Source of the DNA: Carcharhinus longimanus
Lineage: Eukaryota
Assembly (NCBI GenBank): GCA_030264375.1
Contig: JASCQW010000027.1
Coordinates: forward strand, 54,015,163 to 54,079,162
DNA length: 64,000 nt
Direction: 5' to 3'
A program made the translations under genes and the position numbers. Shown piece after piece: positions 12,501 through 25,119 of the stretch; the first letter of the stretch is position 1; every line of letters starts with the position of its first letter. The notes beneath the pieces were generated by a model. That model did not search any database. It saw only the letters and a program-made list of their open reading frames with translations, and was not told the DNA's origin.

Positions 12501-12575
12501 ATACACAAATTGGTGACCACCGGCACCTTGTCCTTGACCTTTACACTTTTAATTGAGCTCTACCTCATTGTGTTT

Positions 12576-13660
12576 TTATGCTGCAACTGTACCGGACCTT
12601 GGTGAGACCACATTTGGAATATTGTGTTCAGTTCTGGTCACCTCACTATAAGAAGGATGTGGANNNNNNNNNNNNNNNNNNNNNNNNNNNNNNNNNNNNN
12701 NNNNNNNNNNNNNNNNNNNNNNNNNNNNNNNNNNNNNNNNNNNNNNNNNNNNNNNNNNNNNNNNNNNNNNNNNNNNNNNNNNNNNNNNNNNNNNNNNNNN
12801 NNNNNNNNNNNNNNNNNNNNNNNNNNNNNNNNNNNNNNNNNNNNNNNNNNNNNNNNNNNNNNNNNNNNNNNNNNNNNNNNNNNNNNNNNNNNNNNNNNNN
12901 NNNNNNNNNNNNNNNNNNNNNNNNNNNNNNNNNNNNNNNNNNNNNNNNNNNNNNNNNNNNNNNNNNNNNNNNNNNNNNNNNNNNNNNNNNNNNNNNNNNN
13001 NNNNNNNNNNNNNNNNNNNNNNNNNNNNNNNNNNNNNNNNNNNNNNNNNNNNNNNNNNNNNNNNNNNNNNNNNNNNNNNNNNNNNNNNNNNNNNNNNNNN
13101 NNNNNNNNNNNNNNNNNNNNNNNNNNNNNNNNNNNNNNNNNNNNNNNNNNNNNNNNNNNNNNNNNNNNNNNNNNNNNNNNNNNNNNNNNNNNNNNNNNNN
13201 NNNNNNNNNNNNNNNNNNNNNNNNNNNNNNNNNNNNNNNNNNNNNNNNNNNNNNNNNNNNNNNNNNNNNNNNNNNNNNNNNNNNNNNNNNNNNNNNNNNN
13301 NNNNNNNNNNNNNNNNNNNNNNNNNNNNNNNNNNNNNNNNNNNNNNNNNNNNNNNNNNNNNNNNNNNNNNNNNNNNNNNNNNNNNNNNNNNNNNNNNNNN
13401 NNNNNNNNNNNNNNNNNNNNNNNNNNNNNNNNNNNNNNNNNNNNNNNNNNNNNNNNNNNNNNNNNNNNNNNNNNNNNNNNNNNNNNNNNNNNNNNNNNNN
13501 NNNNNNNNNCGTAACCGAATTGTGGTCACTATCACCAAAATGCACACCAACTTCCAGGTCTAGCACCTGGTCTGGCTCATTTCCCATTTAGTGGTTTTAA
13601 AAATGGATGGCATAGACAAGTTGGGCCGAAGGGCCTGTAAACTTAAATGACTCTATGATC
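12576..13660 (+). mobile_element. CR1 LINE 3' part spanning a gap, with an inverted CR1 endonuclease piece at 13510-13590
   Basis: [28 protein letters not shown] lies before the gap. Minus-strand GNEPDQVLDLEVGVHFGDSDHNSV lies after it, then the CR1 3' UTR gggccgaagggcctg...gactctatg. Confidence 0.8.
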
Positions 13661-13771
13661 TAATCATTCATAAGGGATTGGGTAAACACATTGTGTGCTC
13701 ATTTACTAAGACTGGGCACATAAGAACAGTTATACATAGGCATATGGTTATGTAAGTATATTTATACACTG

Positions 13772-13862
13772 GGGGGATGGTGGCATTGTAATAATGTCAC
13801 TGGCCTAGTAATCCAGAGGCTCAGGCTAATGTACATGGTTCACATCCCACCGTTGCAGCTGT
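13772..13862 (+). mobile_element. tRNA-SINE head fragment (family of 4707-5030)
   Basis: ggtggcattgtaataatgtcactggcctagtaatccagaggctcaggctaatg...ggttcacatcccacc. Confidence 0.65.
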
Positions 13863-14859
13863 TCTGCTCAGAACAAAAATGAAACTAAAACATTTGAATG
13901 GGGGAGGGGAGGGAACAGTACCTGTGTGAAGCTATTCTGTAGCTACCTACCTTAGACAGCACTACCCATTCAATCAAACTGAATAGCCAACACACCGCCT
14001 AATAGCAGACAGAACAAGGTGTGAAATCCTCTCAAATTTAATGCAGTTAAATCATTATTGATTGTGGTGCTTATTCATTCACTGCAACTTACCAATAGGA
14101 GATCTAGCGAGGTGAAAAATGTTGTGATTAATCTCTTTTCTCTACTAAACGATAATATTTTCATTGTCCTTTTTATGGATGAAAACTTTAAAAATATACA
14201 GTTGCCATATCAAATAGCATTGCATTTCAAATATTTCCTTAAAAATACCATAACAGTGTCATAGAACAGACTAACAGAAGTTTACAATATGGATAAATAT
14301 TAGATGCTCTTATAGATTGCCAAAGGTCAGACCTTGTAGCACCAGCAGCAAGCCAAGACCTGGGTTTTCTAAAATTAAATTTAAAAAATGGCCAAAAACC
14401 AGCAGGTTAGGCAACATTTGTGGACAAAGGAACATATTAACATTTCAGGTCTTTCATTAGAACTGAGATTTTTCCCCTCAGTTGTGACCAGAGAGATGAG
14501 TAACCCGGACACATGCTTAAATGAGCTCAAATGAGTTACATGTGTAACTGCAATGCACACAAGTCTTCTCAAGCTTTTAAATCCATTCATCAAACCTGTC
14601 CTCTGAGCAAATCTCTGCGCAGGAATCTGGTCATGCCTCCAGGAATTGAACTGAAATATCTTCCAATTGCGCTTGTCTGTGTGGTCTCTCAAAGTTGTAT
14701 CTAGATTCTCAGACCTGCAGGTGCCCTGGTCACCTGAAGCAAATGCAGAGAAGTGGGCCATGTGCAAATTGAAGCCTCCATTCTGCTGTTTACTGCTGCA
14801 GAAAAAAAAGCAGGAGATTTCTGAAAGAAACTAGAAAGATGACTCACTATTTACTGACA

Positions 14860-15365
14860 GTGTTATAAAATGGGGCTGTTTGGTTCATCATGCCTGTACC
14901 CACTCTTTGAGTGAACTTTCTAATTAGTCATACTTCCCTGCTTGTTCCCGGATCTTTGCACATCCTTTCTGCCTTCAAGACGCAATTGCCTTTTGTGTAT
15001 TATTTTTGAACCTGCTTTCACCACTGTTCCATACACTGTCTTCCAGATTGTAATAATTCACTGCAATAAAAAATGTTTCTCATTTTCTTGCCAATTGCCT
15101 TAATTCAGTGTCTTGTGGTTATGTGTACCTTCCTGAGAATGGAAAAGATTACTCCCTACTTTATGAAAACCCCTTGTTATGCACAACAATTAAAAATCTT
15201 TCTTAACCTTCACTGCTCCAAAAGAAATTCCCAATGCCTTTAGTCTTCCGACATAATTGATGTCCCTAATTCCTGGGACCATTCTAGTCAATCTTCTGCA
15301 CCAAGTCCTTGAAATTCTTCCTAAAGTGTGGGGCCTAGAATTGAACACAATTCTCCAACTGAGAC
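14860..15365 (-). mobile_element. Old CR1 LINE 3' end
   Basis: cctaaagtgtggggcctagaattgaacacaattctccaactg is the reverse of QLENCVQF*APHFR. A degenerate 3' UTR follows. Confidence 0.7.
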
Positions 15366-15399
15366 TTAATCTACAATTGGCCCATTTACTGAAGCTTGC

Positions 15400-15505
15400 T
15401 TGTGTTAAACCCCATTTCAGGACTTGTACAGATGATTTAGGCTGACACTTTATTGCACCACTGAGGGAGAGCTACATGGTCAGATGTGGTCTGCTTCAGA
15501 TAAGA
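15400..15505 (+). mobile_element. SacSINE1/Deu-SINE-like fragment
   Basis: ggacttgtacagatgatttaggctgacactttattgcaccactgagggag matches the recalled Deu-domain SINE consensus. Confidence 0.55.
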
Positions 15506-15669
15506 TGGGGTGTCCAACAGATTGGATGAGATAAATCTGATGTGGGTAGAGAGAGTTGGCATGCTTTTCACTTTGTGGGCTAGTTTGTTTTCCATTTCTT
15601 TTTGCTCACACTACTGATTAGCAACAATGTGAAAAAGACAGCCAAATGTATAAGTCTCTTCTCCGTCTC

Positions 15670-17420
15670 AGTACACCGCATCTCCATTGGTAAGTTCTCA
15701 GCTATGCCTCCTCATGGTGACACATGAAACTGGGCCCTTCATGGTCCCAGGCTAACACGTCAGAGAAATGTGAAGGAAGTTTGGCTCCAGACATGCAGTG
15801 TGCAGGCCCACTAGCAAGTGGACATGCACTCATGAATCACACTCCCAGATATGAAATAGCTTTACTGCCTTGCTGCAACCTCAGGAGAGTTGAAGGCCCT
15901 GGCAAAAAAAATTTGGAGTAAAACCTAAACATAGACTTGTGTCTCAATGTTACATCTTTCTACAACTCCTGCAACCAAATCGGTGTCAAATGTATACTTT
16001 GTTTCAATGGACTCAATCAGGGAAGTCACAAAGAGCCATTGACATTTGGGCAGGCCAGGGTCTCCATACATTTTGCTGCTACTATGCCCTTTGTTTGATT
16101 GGCACCTTCTTTCAGAACAAGCTATGCCACAACACATCCCGGAGATATCCAAGATCACGGCATTGGTATCAGTTGGATCTGATCATTACCAAATGTAATT
16201 CTCTCAACGGCGTTCACAGTGCTTGGGATGGAACCCTAAAGTTTTTCATTCAAAGCTCAAAGGTCTTCCTCCCATCAAAGTCAGCTGTACTGCATACCCA
16301 ATTAAAAGCCAACAGTTCCTCCACTCGATTGAACAGGCACTCTCCATCATACCCACGCAGAAGCACAATAGAGCATATTTCAAAACATCATTCACAATAC
16401 TCATTCTCAACACATAGGAAACATAAACAGAGAAGTGCTGATTGGTTCAAGGCCAAAATCATTGAGATGGAACCTGGCATTGAAGCCGAGTGGTCTGCTG
16501 TCTTTTAATTACAAGGGGGATTCAAATGCACTAATAGTGCCTCAAAGTAAAATCTAACAGACTGCTAACTGGTGCAGCAATGATGAGTGTTTACAATTAT
16601 ACCAGAACATCCAGAAGTGCTTTGACAAAGGGATTGCCAGGACATCAAAAGCCCATTTAGTGAAGTAAAGTTCATCAGCAAATAAAATGGCTCCATTGAA
16701 AACACAGACATGGGCGATCATCGCTGACTGCAACAAACAGCTGAAGAAATGGGTCGAAGTTTCTTGAGTTGTAACCTAAGGAAAACACTGTCACCGAGGA
16801 ACCTCTAAACACTATAGAAAGCCTTCCTGTCTTGGCGGAACTAAACGCCAAACACAAGGCTGATGGGGGACCTGACTGAAGCGTATAAAATTAAGAGGGG
16901 TTTAGATAAGCTGGATAGAAAGGACCTTTTCCCCTTAGCAGAGGAATCAATAACCAGAGGGCATAGATTTAAGTTGAGGGGCAGGAGGTTTATAAGAAAT
17001 ATGAGGAAAAACATTTTCACCCAGAGGGTGGTGGAAATCTGGAACTTGCTGCCTGTAAGGCTGGTGGACGCAGGAGCTCTCACAACATTTAAGAAGTATT
17101 TAGATGAGCACTTGAAATGCCATAGCATACAAGACTATGGACCAGGTGGTGAAAAATAGGATTACAATAGATAGGTGCTCGATGACCAGCACAGACATGA
17201 TGGGCCAAAGGGCCTCTTTCCATGCAGGAGCTTGGCAAATTTCTTGACTCACTCACCATGGGCAAAGCTCCAGGTTGTTATATCATCTGAACTCATCAAG
17301 CAGGAGAAAAGTGCATCCATGCAGCATACACAAATGTCTCTGTCTCTGCAGGGAGCGAGCTGTGCCTCATGATATGTGTGATGCAATGATTATGACCCCA
17401 TGGAAGAACAAGGGTGTCAA
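15670..17420 (+). mobile_element. RTE-clade LINE relic split by a CR1 insertion (16855-17222)
   Basis: Endonuclease motif HNTSRRYPRSRHWYQLDLII and ADWFKAKIIEMEPGIEA precede the insert. After it come DSLTMGKAPG..SELIK and VPHDMCDAMIMTPWKNKG. Confidence 0.8.
16855..17222 (+). mobile_element. CR1 LINE 3' end (relatively young)
   Basis: Open frame GDLTEAYKIKRGLDKLDRKDLFPLAEESITRGHRFKLRGRRF...FTQRVVEIWNLLP...FKKYLD, followed by a 3' UTR. Confidence 0.9.
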
Positions 17421-17605
17421 AAGGTTGATTGAAACAACTATCAACTGCTGAACATTGTGGGAAATATATTTGCCTGTGTTGTCCTCGTCAAACTGCAAAT
17501 CTTGGCTGAATGCATTTGCCCCAAATCCCAGTGTGGTTTCAGAACTGAAAGATCTACAACTGACATATTTTCAGTTGCAACAGAAATGCTATGAACAAAG
17601 AAGAC

Positions 17606-17800
17606 TGGGGAGATGGTGGCATAGCGGTATTGTCACTGGACTAGCAATCTAGAGACACAAGTTCTGGAAACCTGGGTTTGAATCAAACCATAGCAGATGG
17701 TGGAATTAAAACAATTTAATTAAAAGTTTAATGTAAAAATCCATTGGTTTCACCAATGCCCTGTAAGAATCGAAATCTGCCATTCCTATCTAGTCTGGAC
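17606..17800 (+). mobile_element. tRNA-SINE (family of 4707-5030), truncated
   Basis: ggtggcatagcggtattgtcactggactagcaatctagag...gggtttgaatc..ccatagcagatggtggaatt. Confidence 0.7.
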
Positions 17801-17879
17801 GATTCAAAACAAACCACTCAGGTGATTCAAGCTGCCAGAAAGCTTTAAAGGAAAAATTTACTCTGAGCCATTGAAGTCT

Positions 17880-18150
17880 TGTGGCATCAGGGCAAGTATG
17901 ATCAAGGCAACCTGCTACTGGTTACAACGTACCACAGCCAGCATCCCACCCAAGCACCACCCCCCACCCCACACTCTTATCCCCTCCCCCCCCGTTCCTC
18001 CCCACAGCTCCACGGATGAATCAGTTATTTTTGTTCTTCTCAATGTCGAACAGCACTTGAACGAGACAGAGGGTCCTTTGGCATAGAATATACTTTGGCT
18101 TGGGGGACTTCAATGTCCATCATCAAGAATAGTTTGGTAGCAGCACTACA
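17880..18150 (+). mobile_element. LINE AP-endonuclease fragment
   Basis: Encodes QGNLLLVTTY, STDESV..LLNVEQHL and NILW/GDFNVHHQE*FGSST. Confidence 0.7.
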
Positions 18151-18419
18151 GGCTATCTATAAAACTTGCTAATTCACTCTGTTGACATAAGCCTGGTTGG
18201 TGTTGCATGACAGATTTCACAACCTTTCATTATCACAGTGGGGTGCCTGTCAGTTCACAGTTCAATTGATAGATCCAAGAGATTACAAACTCTTTGATAT
18301 GCAATTCTGAATTCCCATGTTTGTTTAAATGAGAGATTAAAGAAATATTAAATGTAGTTATTTGTTTTTTATCAGTGAGTGTTTTTGTTTTATAAGGTGA
18401 ATTCATCTATTGTCATTTA

Positions 18420-18932
18420 AGAACTTTACATAATCTCAGCATGGGTCCTGAGGACTTCCCATTGTGGATATTGAAAAAGTTTGTATAGTAACTGTAATGG
18501 AAATGGTTAGTGGGTGATGGAAGTGGGCATGCATGAGTTTGCACTAAGTTTCCATAGGGCCTATAAAAGGATGAGAGTGGGCATAGTCAGCATTGAACAT
18601 ATGAGTTCAGGTGGTGGGGGCATGAGGAGACATAGGTTAGCATGGAAGGGGAATGGAGAGTGTGTGACGGATAAGAGTTGGAAGACTGATTTCTCCTTGT
18701 TGTATTTTTCTAAATGCTTTGACAAAGTGCCAATGCACCAAAGCAAGCATTCCACTGACCCTACCTCTGTATCTGGCGGCCTCCACGCTGTTTCGGGGTC
18801 ACGCACCACAACTCCCAAACAACCCCGCATCCCCAGAACAAAAATCCAAGCTCCAGAGTAGGTTTTACTGGGTCAAATTAACAGAGCCGGGAATTGTTCC
18901 AACTCTACCCTCATGGAGTGAAAATTCAGGCC
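18420..18932. mobile_element. Non-autonomous DNA transposon remnant (Harbinger-like)
   Basis: G-rich gggcat-repeat interior and terminus gtgaaaattcaggcc, similar to other termini in the window. Confidence 0.4.
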
Positions 18933-19363
18933 ATAGTTTCTGGAGAGCAAAGGTCAATAGCCTGAAACCATATTATTGGCACATTAGCATGCCAATAATT
19001 GGAGTTGCAAATCGTTCCTTTAATGGTCTCTATATACACTCACATGGAGAATCAAGCACATTGCATGAGTGATCCATTGCCTTAAGATTAAGTTGACAAA
19101 GATATCCCCTGCTTAACCCAAATTAACTACATAAAATTGAAAATAAAGCATCAAAAGTGAAATTACAGGTAAATGGTTCTCAACAATCAGGAAAGCGTCA
19201 ATCAGAATTAAAATTAATTTAGAAGTTAGGGCAGATTATCAAATTAGCATTTTGCCATACTGATTGCTTCAATTCTGCCCTCTTGTGGCAGTAATGATGA
19301 ACTCTATGAGAAACTTGGAAATCACACACACTTGTATTATGTCGCACAAGCAGGAGCACAGGA

Positions 19364-19390
19364 ACACACACATACACACACACACACACA
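19364..19390. repeat. (AC)n microsatellite
   Basis: acacacacatacacacacacacacaca. Confidence 0.9.
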
Positions 19391-21529
19391 GAAACGAATA
19401 ACAGTAAACAGAAAGTTTATTCCAGTAATTTTTAAAAGAAAATAAAACAAATTGATGTTTTCCCAAACAAATGTTTTGGTGTTTAATTTCACTTTAACAA
19501 CACCATTTATGGCTACTGTTGAAGTATTCATCAAGAAAATAGTTTTGTGAAGTGAAGTGATATGAAGCTGTCACTGGAGAGGGAGAGAGATGCAAATTCT
19601 GGACTACTTACATGCAGAAATTAACTGTCATTGAGTAAAGAACAAAAAGAGGACAATATTTTACTGAGCGTGTATCTTAAACCAGTTTAGTGATGCACAA
19701 ATATTCCATCAGATCCAAACTTTTTCTATTCTCCTTCCCTTCATTAATTTACAGTGAGGCATGAATCTTTCGTTGAGGCAATGATGAAAAATATTAATTC
19801 CCACCTGTAAATTTGATTGTTTATTTAAATTAGTCCTGTACTGGCTGCAGATCATGCAACAGATTTCACACTACCACAAAGCACCATAATTAATGTCAGA
19901 TTATATTTCATTTAGTCTTTGAAATTATGTTGTGTGAGGATTAGTGTGACCACTTAACTCATCCATATGTAATTCTTTTGTTAGTTATTCTAGTGTAGTG
20001 TCTACCTAACTAAATTAACTACCCTGTTGAAACAATGGAGACTTTATGCTCTTAATGTTGAGAATATATAACTGCACTAATATAATGCACATTTTCATAT
20101 CTTCGGCTTTAAAGACAACTAGCTCCACGAATGTTAAAAATAACAATTCCAAACACACTGAAATATTTATCAGTTTTGGAATGATGCAACATCAAAGTCC
20201 CCACAAAATAAAATGAAAATAATATTTTACAGACAGTGGTTTTCGAATTTTTGAATTAATTAATGCAAATTGACTGTAGAAGATATATGTAATTACTATC
20301 AATATAATCAATCATTTCTTTAAAAAATTACCATTTTTGAATGAGTGATTAAAGGCATTACTATAGTCCAACACTAATTCAGCATGTAGGGTGAGGTATC
20401 TGGTATCTCTCTATTCAGTATTGTCCCACACATTAATTTCTTACACAATTTTCAGCAAGTATAAATCTGATCAATTGCTTGAAGTCTTATTTTTTATATA
20501 TTTCTTTTAAAATAATATATTCAGTTATTTCTCAACTTGATCCACCTTCACTCAAATTTACTGCTGGTCCTTTACCTTCTGCTCTTAAAATGATTAAAAG
20601 CCCTGAACTACTTCTATGGTTTGAAATGGCAATGGCACGCAAGTCATATCATTACTAGAACACAGGAGCCTACTGCTTTTACACTTGCTATTCTTAAAAG
20701 AGATGTGTTTATCTGGCAAAGTGCATTGTCTGGTTAAGTGCCTACTTTTGCATCTCACAAGCACATTACAGACTGAAAAATGGACCATCTGCACAAGGCT
20801 TGTGAATCGGCATTAGATATGCAAAGATGTTCAAGAGAACGCACAATGAACTGAAGTACGAGTCATGCACAATTGCACATCAGAGAATAGAGTCCAAGTG
20901 TGCAACCTTGTGTTCTATTTTTTAAATTACAGCAAGGTTACGTGTGAATACAGATTACTTGGTAAATGTTGCAAATATGTTTTCTCTTTACCCATTGTGG
21001 GAATATATTGGAATTTGAATATGACGATTAATAATCTTGTCATTTCCATTAATGAGTGGAAAATCTTGCAGAGCCCAAATTCCCAACATATACTCCCATC
21101 AGCCAGAAGTTGAAATGAGGAAACTTTATGCTTGGATCTAAGGAGTGTCATAGTATCTCATCTTTGCAAAGCTTAGAAAGGGGTTTCAGATAGCACAAAT
21201 AGTGACATAATAATATCAAATCCAAATGTTGCGCACCTGAGTTATAAAGAATGGCATTTATGAAAAAAATTGGCAAATATATAGTTTGAGGAAGAAGAGG
21301 CACAAGAACAGTACAATTTCTGGTACTGTACACAAGTGAAGCAATGGTTCTTTTAAAACCATTTAAGCATTTATATAATTAAATTTATGGTAGCATCATT
21401 GCTGTGAGGAACTGATAGCAACCTTTGCCATCTGCAAATGCACAGTTAAATGTGGAAATCTGGAAGTTGCTGTCAAAGTTACCCTGATCCTCTATTGCAG
21501 ATGAACTCAATACAGAATTAGTAATTGAC

Positions 21530-22430
21530 AGAATCATAGAATTGTTATATCAGAGAAGGAGGCCATTCGGCCCATTGTGTCTGTGCCAGCTCTCTGATAG
21601 AGCAGATCAGTTCGTCCCTGAACCCTTTTCCTGTAATCCTGTAAAGTAATTCTTTTCAGGTGTTTATCCAGTTTCTTTCGGAAAACCATAATTGGAATTT
21701 CCTTCACCATAATTTCAGTACATTTCAGGTTCTTCTGCCAATTACCTTAAATTGTGCTCTTGAGTTCTTGACTCTTGCATAAATGGGAACAGTTGTTCCC
21801 TATCTCCTCTATGCAGAACCCTTATACTTTTCAACAGTTCCATTACATCTCCTCACAACAATTTTTTCTTTACAGAGAATAGTTCAGGTTTTTCAATCTG
21901 CAGCCCCTCATCCCTGGAACCATTTAAGCGAATCCTTTCTGCATCCTCTCATTCTTCTCATTCTCATTCTCATTCTTCTTAAATTATATTAGCTTTCTCA
22001 TTCTTCTTAAATTATATTGCCTACAATACTTCAGTGAAGGCCAGGCCAGTGTTTTTTAAACATTTTGCACTATATTTATAAAGCTCAGGATCCAATTTGC
22101 CTTGTTAACCATTTTCTCTACCTGCCCTGCCAGCTATGTCCCTCTGTTCCTGCATCCCCTTTAGAATTACACCCTTTATTTTATATTGCCTCTTCTCAAT
22201 TTTCTACCAAAATGTATCACTTCAAATTTCTCTGAAAAGAAAAATTATCTGTCACATCTCTGACTGTTCAACAAGCCTCTCTTTAGCCCCTTGAACGTTA
22301 TTGCTATCCTGCTCACATTTCACAACTCCCAAATTTTGTGTCATCTAAAAATAGCAAAATTGTGTCCTATAGACCCAAGTCTGGGTCATTATATATCAAG
22401 AAAAGCAATGGTCCTAAAATTGATTCTTGT
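21530..22430 (-). mobile_element. Old CR1 LINE 3' portion
   Basis: Tail agaatcatagaattg..agaaggaggccattcggcccatt, plus reverse RT motifs (FLDDTKFG-like; KFEVIHFG). Confidence 0.75.
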
Positions 22431-22434
22431 GCAT

Positions 22435-22750
22435 TCTTTATTCATTTATGGAATGTGAGCATTGCTAGCTAGGGCTTCATTTGTTGCCTATTCCTAATGG
22501 CCCTGGAAAGGCATCGTGATCTGCCTTCTGAAATTGCTGCGATTCACATTCCTAAGGTACTCAAACAGTGCTGTCGGGAGGGAGTTTCAGGATTTTGAGC
22601 CAGCAAAAGTGATGGAACAGTTAGATAGTTCCAAAACATGATGATGTGTGAGTGGGAGGTGGTGTTGGTGTGTGCCTACTTCCCTTGTCCTTCTAAGCAG
22701 TAGAGGTCATAGGTTTGGAAGTTGCCGTCAAAGAAACTTTGGCAAGTTGN
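22435..22750 (-). mobile_element. LINE 3' end (donor of the tail of the 4707 SINE family)
   Basis: ttcttttattcatttatggaatgtgagcattgctagctagggc..atttgttgcctattcctaatggccc is the reverse complement of the SINE tail. Further LINE ORF2-like sequence follows. Confidence 0.65.
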
Positions 22751-23255
22751 NNNNNNNNNNNNNNNNNNNNNNNNNNNNNNNNNNNNNNNNNNNNNNNNNN
22801 NNNNNNNNNNNNNNNNNNNNNNNNNNNNNNNNNNNNNNNNNNNNNNNNNCTTGGCACTACCCTGTACTTAAGGAGGATTGGAAGATTAAGGCTTTGCTCC
22901 CTTACATTCTTCAGCATCCTCAGATGTATCACTCAGTTCTAGGGACTTACCAACTTTAAATTCTGTCAGCCTGTCTTAATCCTTCCTCTTTACCAATTTT
23001 GGCCCATCCCATGCCTCAGTTGCCTCTTCGTTCATTACTTGATGTGTGCTTCAACTTTTCTCATACAATTTTCATATTAATAAAACAATTAAATTGCTAA
23101 ACATTGTACAAATCAGGTGGAGCTGAGTTACTAATAAACAACCTCTGTTTCTGAAAAGGTAATTTGACAAATACGGAGACCCATCATCTCAGCATAACAT
23201 CTAAAATTAAAATAAAATAGTTAAAAGAAAAAATATTTTAAAGGTCTGTTTATGA

Positions 23256-23472
23256 TGGGGGGAATTCTCTGTGCCCGATGACATGTTTTATGGTAGAGAG
23301 AAGCGGCCTGCTGTTGGCCGATAGTGGGACCAGTTGGCCAACACTGGTCCCACTGCTGTCAATGGGATTTCCCATTGAATCCACCCCACACTGCTGGCAA
23401 ACCCACTGTGGGGGTTCGCCATTGACAGGATTGGAAGATCCAGCCAGCGAGACCACCTAGGTAGTTCCGGCA
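23256..23472. mobile_element. ~200-bp MITE
   Basis: Terminus gggggaattctc. Internal ccattgacaggattggaagatcc is shared with other short elements (10207, 24830, 45053). Confidence 0.5.
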
Positions 23473-23639
23473 AATATTTCAGGTTCTCCCTTAAATTCCA
23501 CGTGAGTATCCAAATCTTTATTTTGCTTTCTGTACAATGATTAAAATGTTAAGTATAATCCATGATTTTGCCTCCTTCTTTGTTCCCTGTGATCATTCTT
23601 CAATTTGTTTGGCTGATTAGCCTGATAGTTGCCTGACAA

Positions 23640-24032
23640 AGAAGAAAGAAAATTACAGCACAGGAACAGGCCCTTCGGCCTTCCAAACCTGCACCGACCA
23701 TGCTGCCCGTCTGAAATAAAACCCCCTACCCTTCCGNNNNNNNNNNNNNNNNNNNNNNNNNNNNNNNNNNNNNNNNNNNNNNNCACTGAGACAATGGGAC
23801 GGCGGCGTGGGCTCGTTGGGCCGAAGGGCCTGTTTCCCGTGCTGTGTTGTTCTTTGTTGTTCTTTGTTGTTGTACATCTCCTTTAAACCCTGCCCTTCGC
23901 ACCTTAAACCTATGCCCCCTAGTAATTGACTCTTCCGCCCTGGGAAAAAGCTTCTGACTATCCATTCTGTCTATGCCTCTCATAATCTTGTAGACTTCTA
24001 TCAGATCGGCCCTCAACCTCCATCGTTCCAGT
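23640..24032 (-). mobile_element. Young CR1 3' end with an oppositely oriented CR1-tailed insertion (23784-23870)
   Basis: Minus-strand RADLIEVYKIMRGIDRMDSQKLFPRAEESITRGHRFKVRRAGFKGDV is interrupted by + strand gggccgaagggcctgtttcccgtgctgtg with a ttgttct-repeat tail. Confidence 0.85.
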
Positions 24033-24369
24033 GAGAAGCTGAACTATTGCTGAATGCCACTGACCCTCTATAAATGTCAGTAATTTCAAAATGGATGGCA
24101 GGATAGAGGAAAGTTATCCTTTGGAACCCACGGAACCTTTGCAGGCAGCTGCTTTCAAAGTCCAAGATATGATTGAAATATTTCCAAATGGACAATACAG
24201 GTTCGCCAAAAACATTTTCTCAGATAATATTCCATTTAAATTGGAAGAGTGGCCCAGCAAAAAAAAAGGCTGAATTACATCCTGCAGCAGATATTGCAAC
24301 TCTTCTAACATGAGCCAATTCCATTCACCAATCAACCGGCAACGAACTTTGATATTTCGAAGCTGGTTG

Positions 24370-24745
24370 TTCAGTTGTCAGCTTGGCTGTTTGTCAACAT
24401 TCTTGCCTTTGAATCAGAAAGTTTCATGTTCAAATCCCCCCTCAAGGGATTGAGCACATAATACAAACTGACACTTCAATAATGCCTTACTGGAGGTCCT
24501 GTCCTTTAGTCACAATATTAAACTAAAGTCAAGTTTGTTTGTCCCACTGGGTCAGAAAGGTGTTAATTTGCGAAGTCCCTATTCAAATAAAGGTCAAAGA
24601 AATTCTGCGTTTTCCATCAGCTTATCCACTTCCTACCAAGCCCACCTAAAAAGAGTTTTGCTGATTAATTGTTGATTGCTGGTTAATGCTAGGCACTTGC
24701 CTATTCTAATAACAAGAAAGATACGTCAAAGCTATTCATTATAAA
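24370..24745 (+). mobile_element. SacSINE1/Deu-SINE-like element, old
   Basis: tgtcagcttggct...cttgcctttgaatcagaaagttt..gttcaaatccc...ttgagcacataatacaaactgacacttca follows the recalled SacSINE1 consensus. Confidence 0.6.
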
Positions 24746-25119
24746 ATGAATAGGAAAATACTATTTTCAGGAACAAGGAGTCATCAATATGGAATCGTCA
24801 TTAGGGCAGTGAAGAGAGAGAGGGTCAGCTTCTCCAACCTTGCCTGCAGTTGGGATTCTCCGGTCCTGCTGCAGTGAACGGAGATTTGACTGAGCGCCAA
24901 ATTCTCCATTCTCGCAGGCAGCTGCAGTATGGTGTGAACACCCAGAGAATTCCAACCAAAATCAGAGACATGTCTTTGCAAATTGAGTTTCTGGCACATG
25001 GGATTCTTTAGCATAGTGAGTGGTTAAGCTACACATCATAAAACATTTAAAAGAAAATGCTTGATGAATGTTTAACATGGAGGATTACAGGGAGAAGGCG
25101 GAGTAAACACTGACACAAT

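Noticed and set aside
12576-13591. ORFs of ~300 aa in four frames (likewise at 413-879)
   Set aside because: They are artefacts of translating through N runs. The real sequence is only repeat fragments.
21955-22018. 24-bp direct duplication ttctcattcttcttaaattatatt
   Set aside because: Local slippage inside an old CR1 fragment, with no functional signal.
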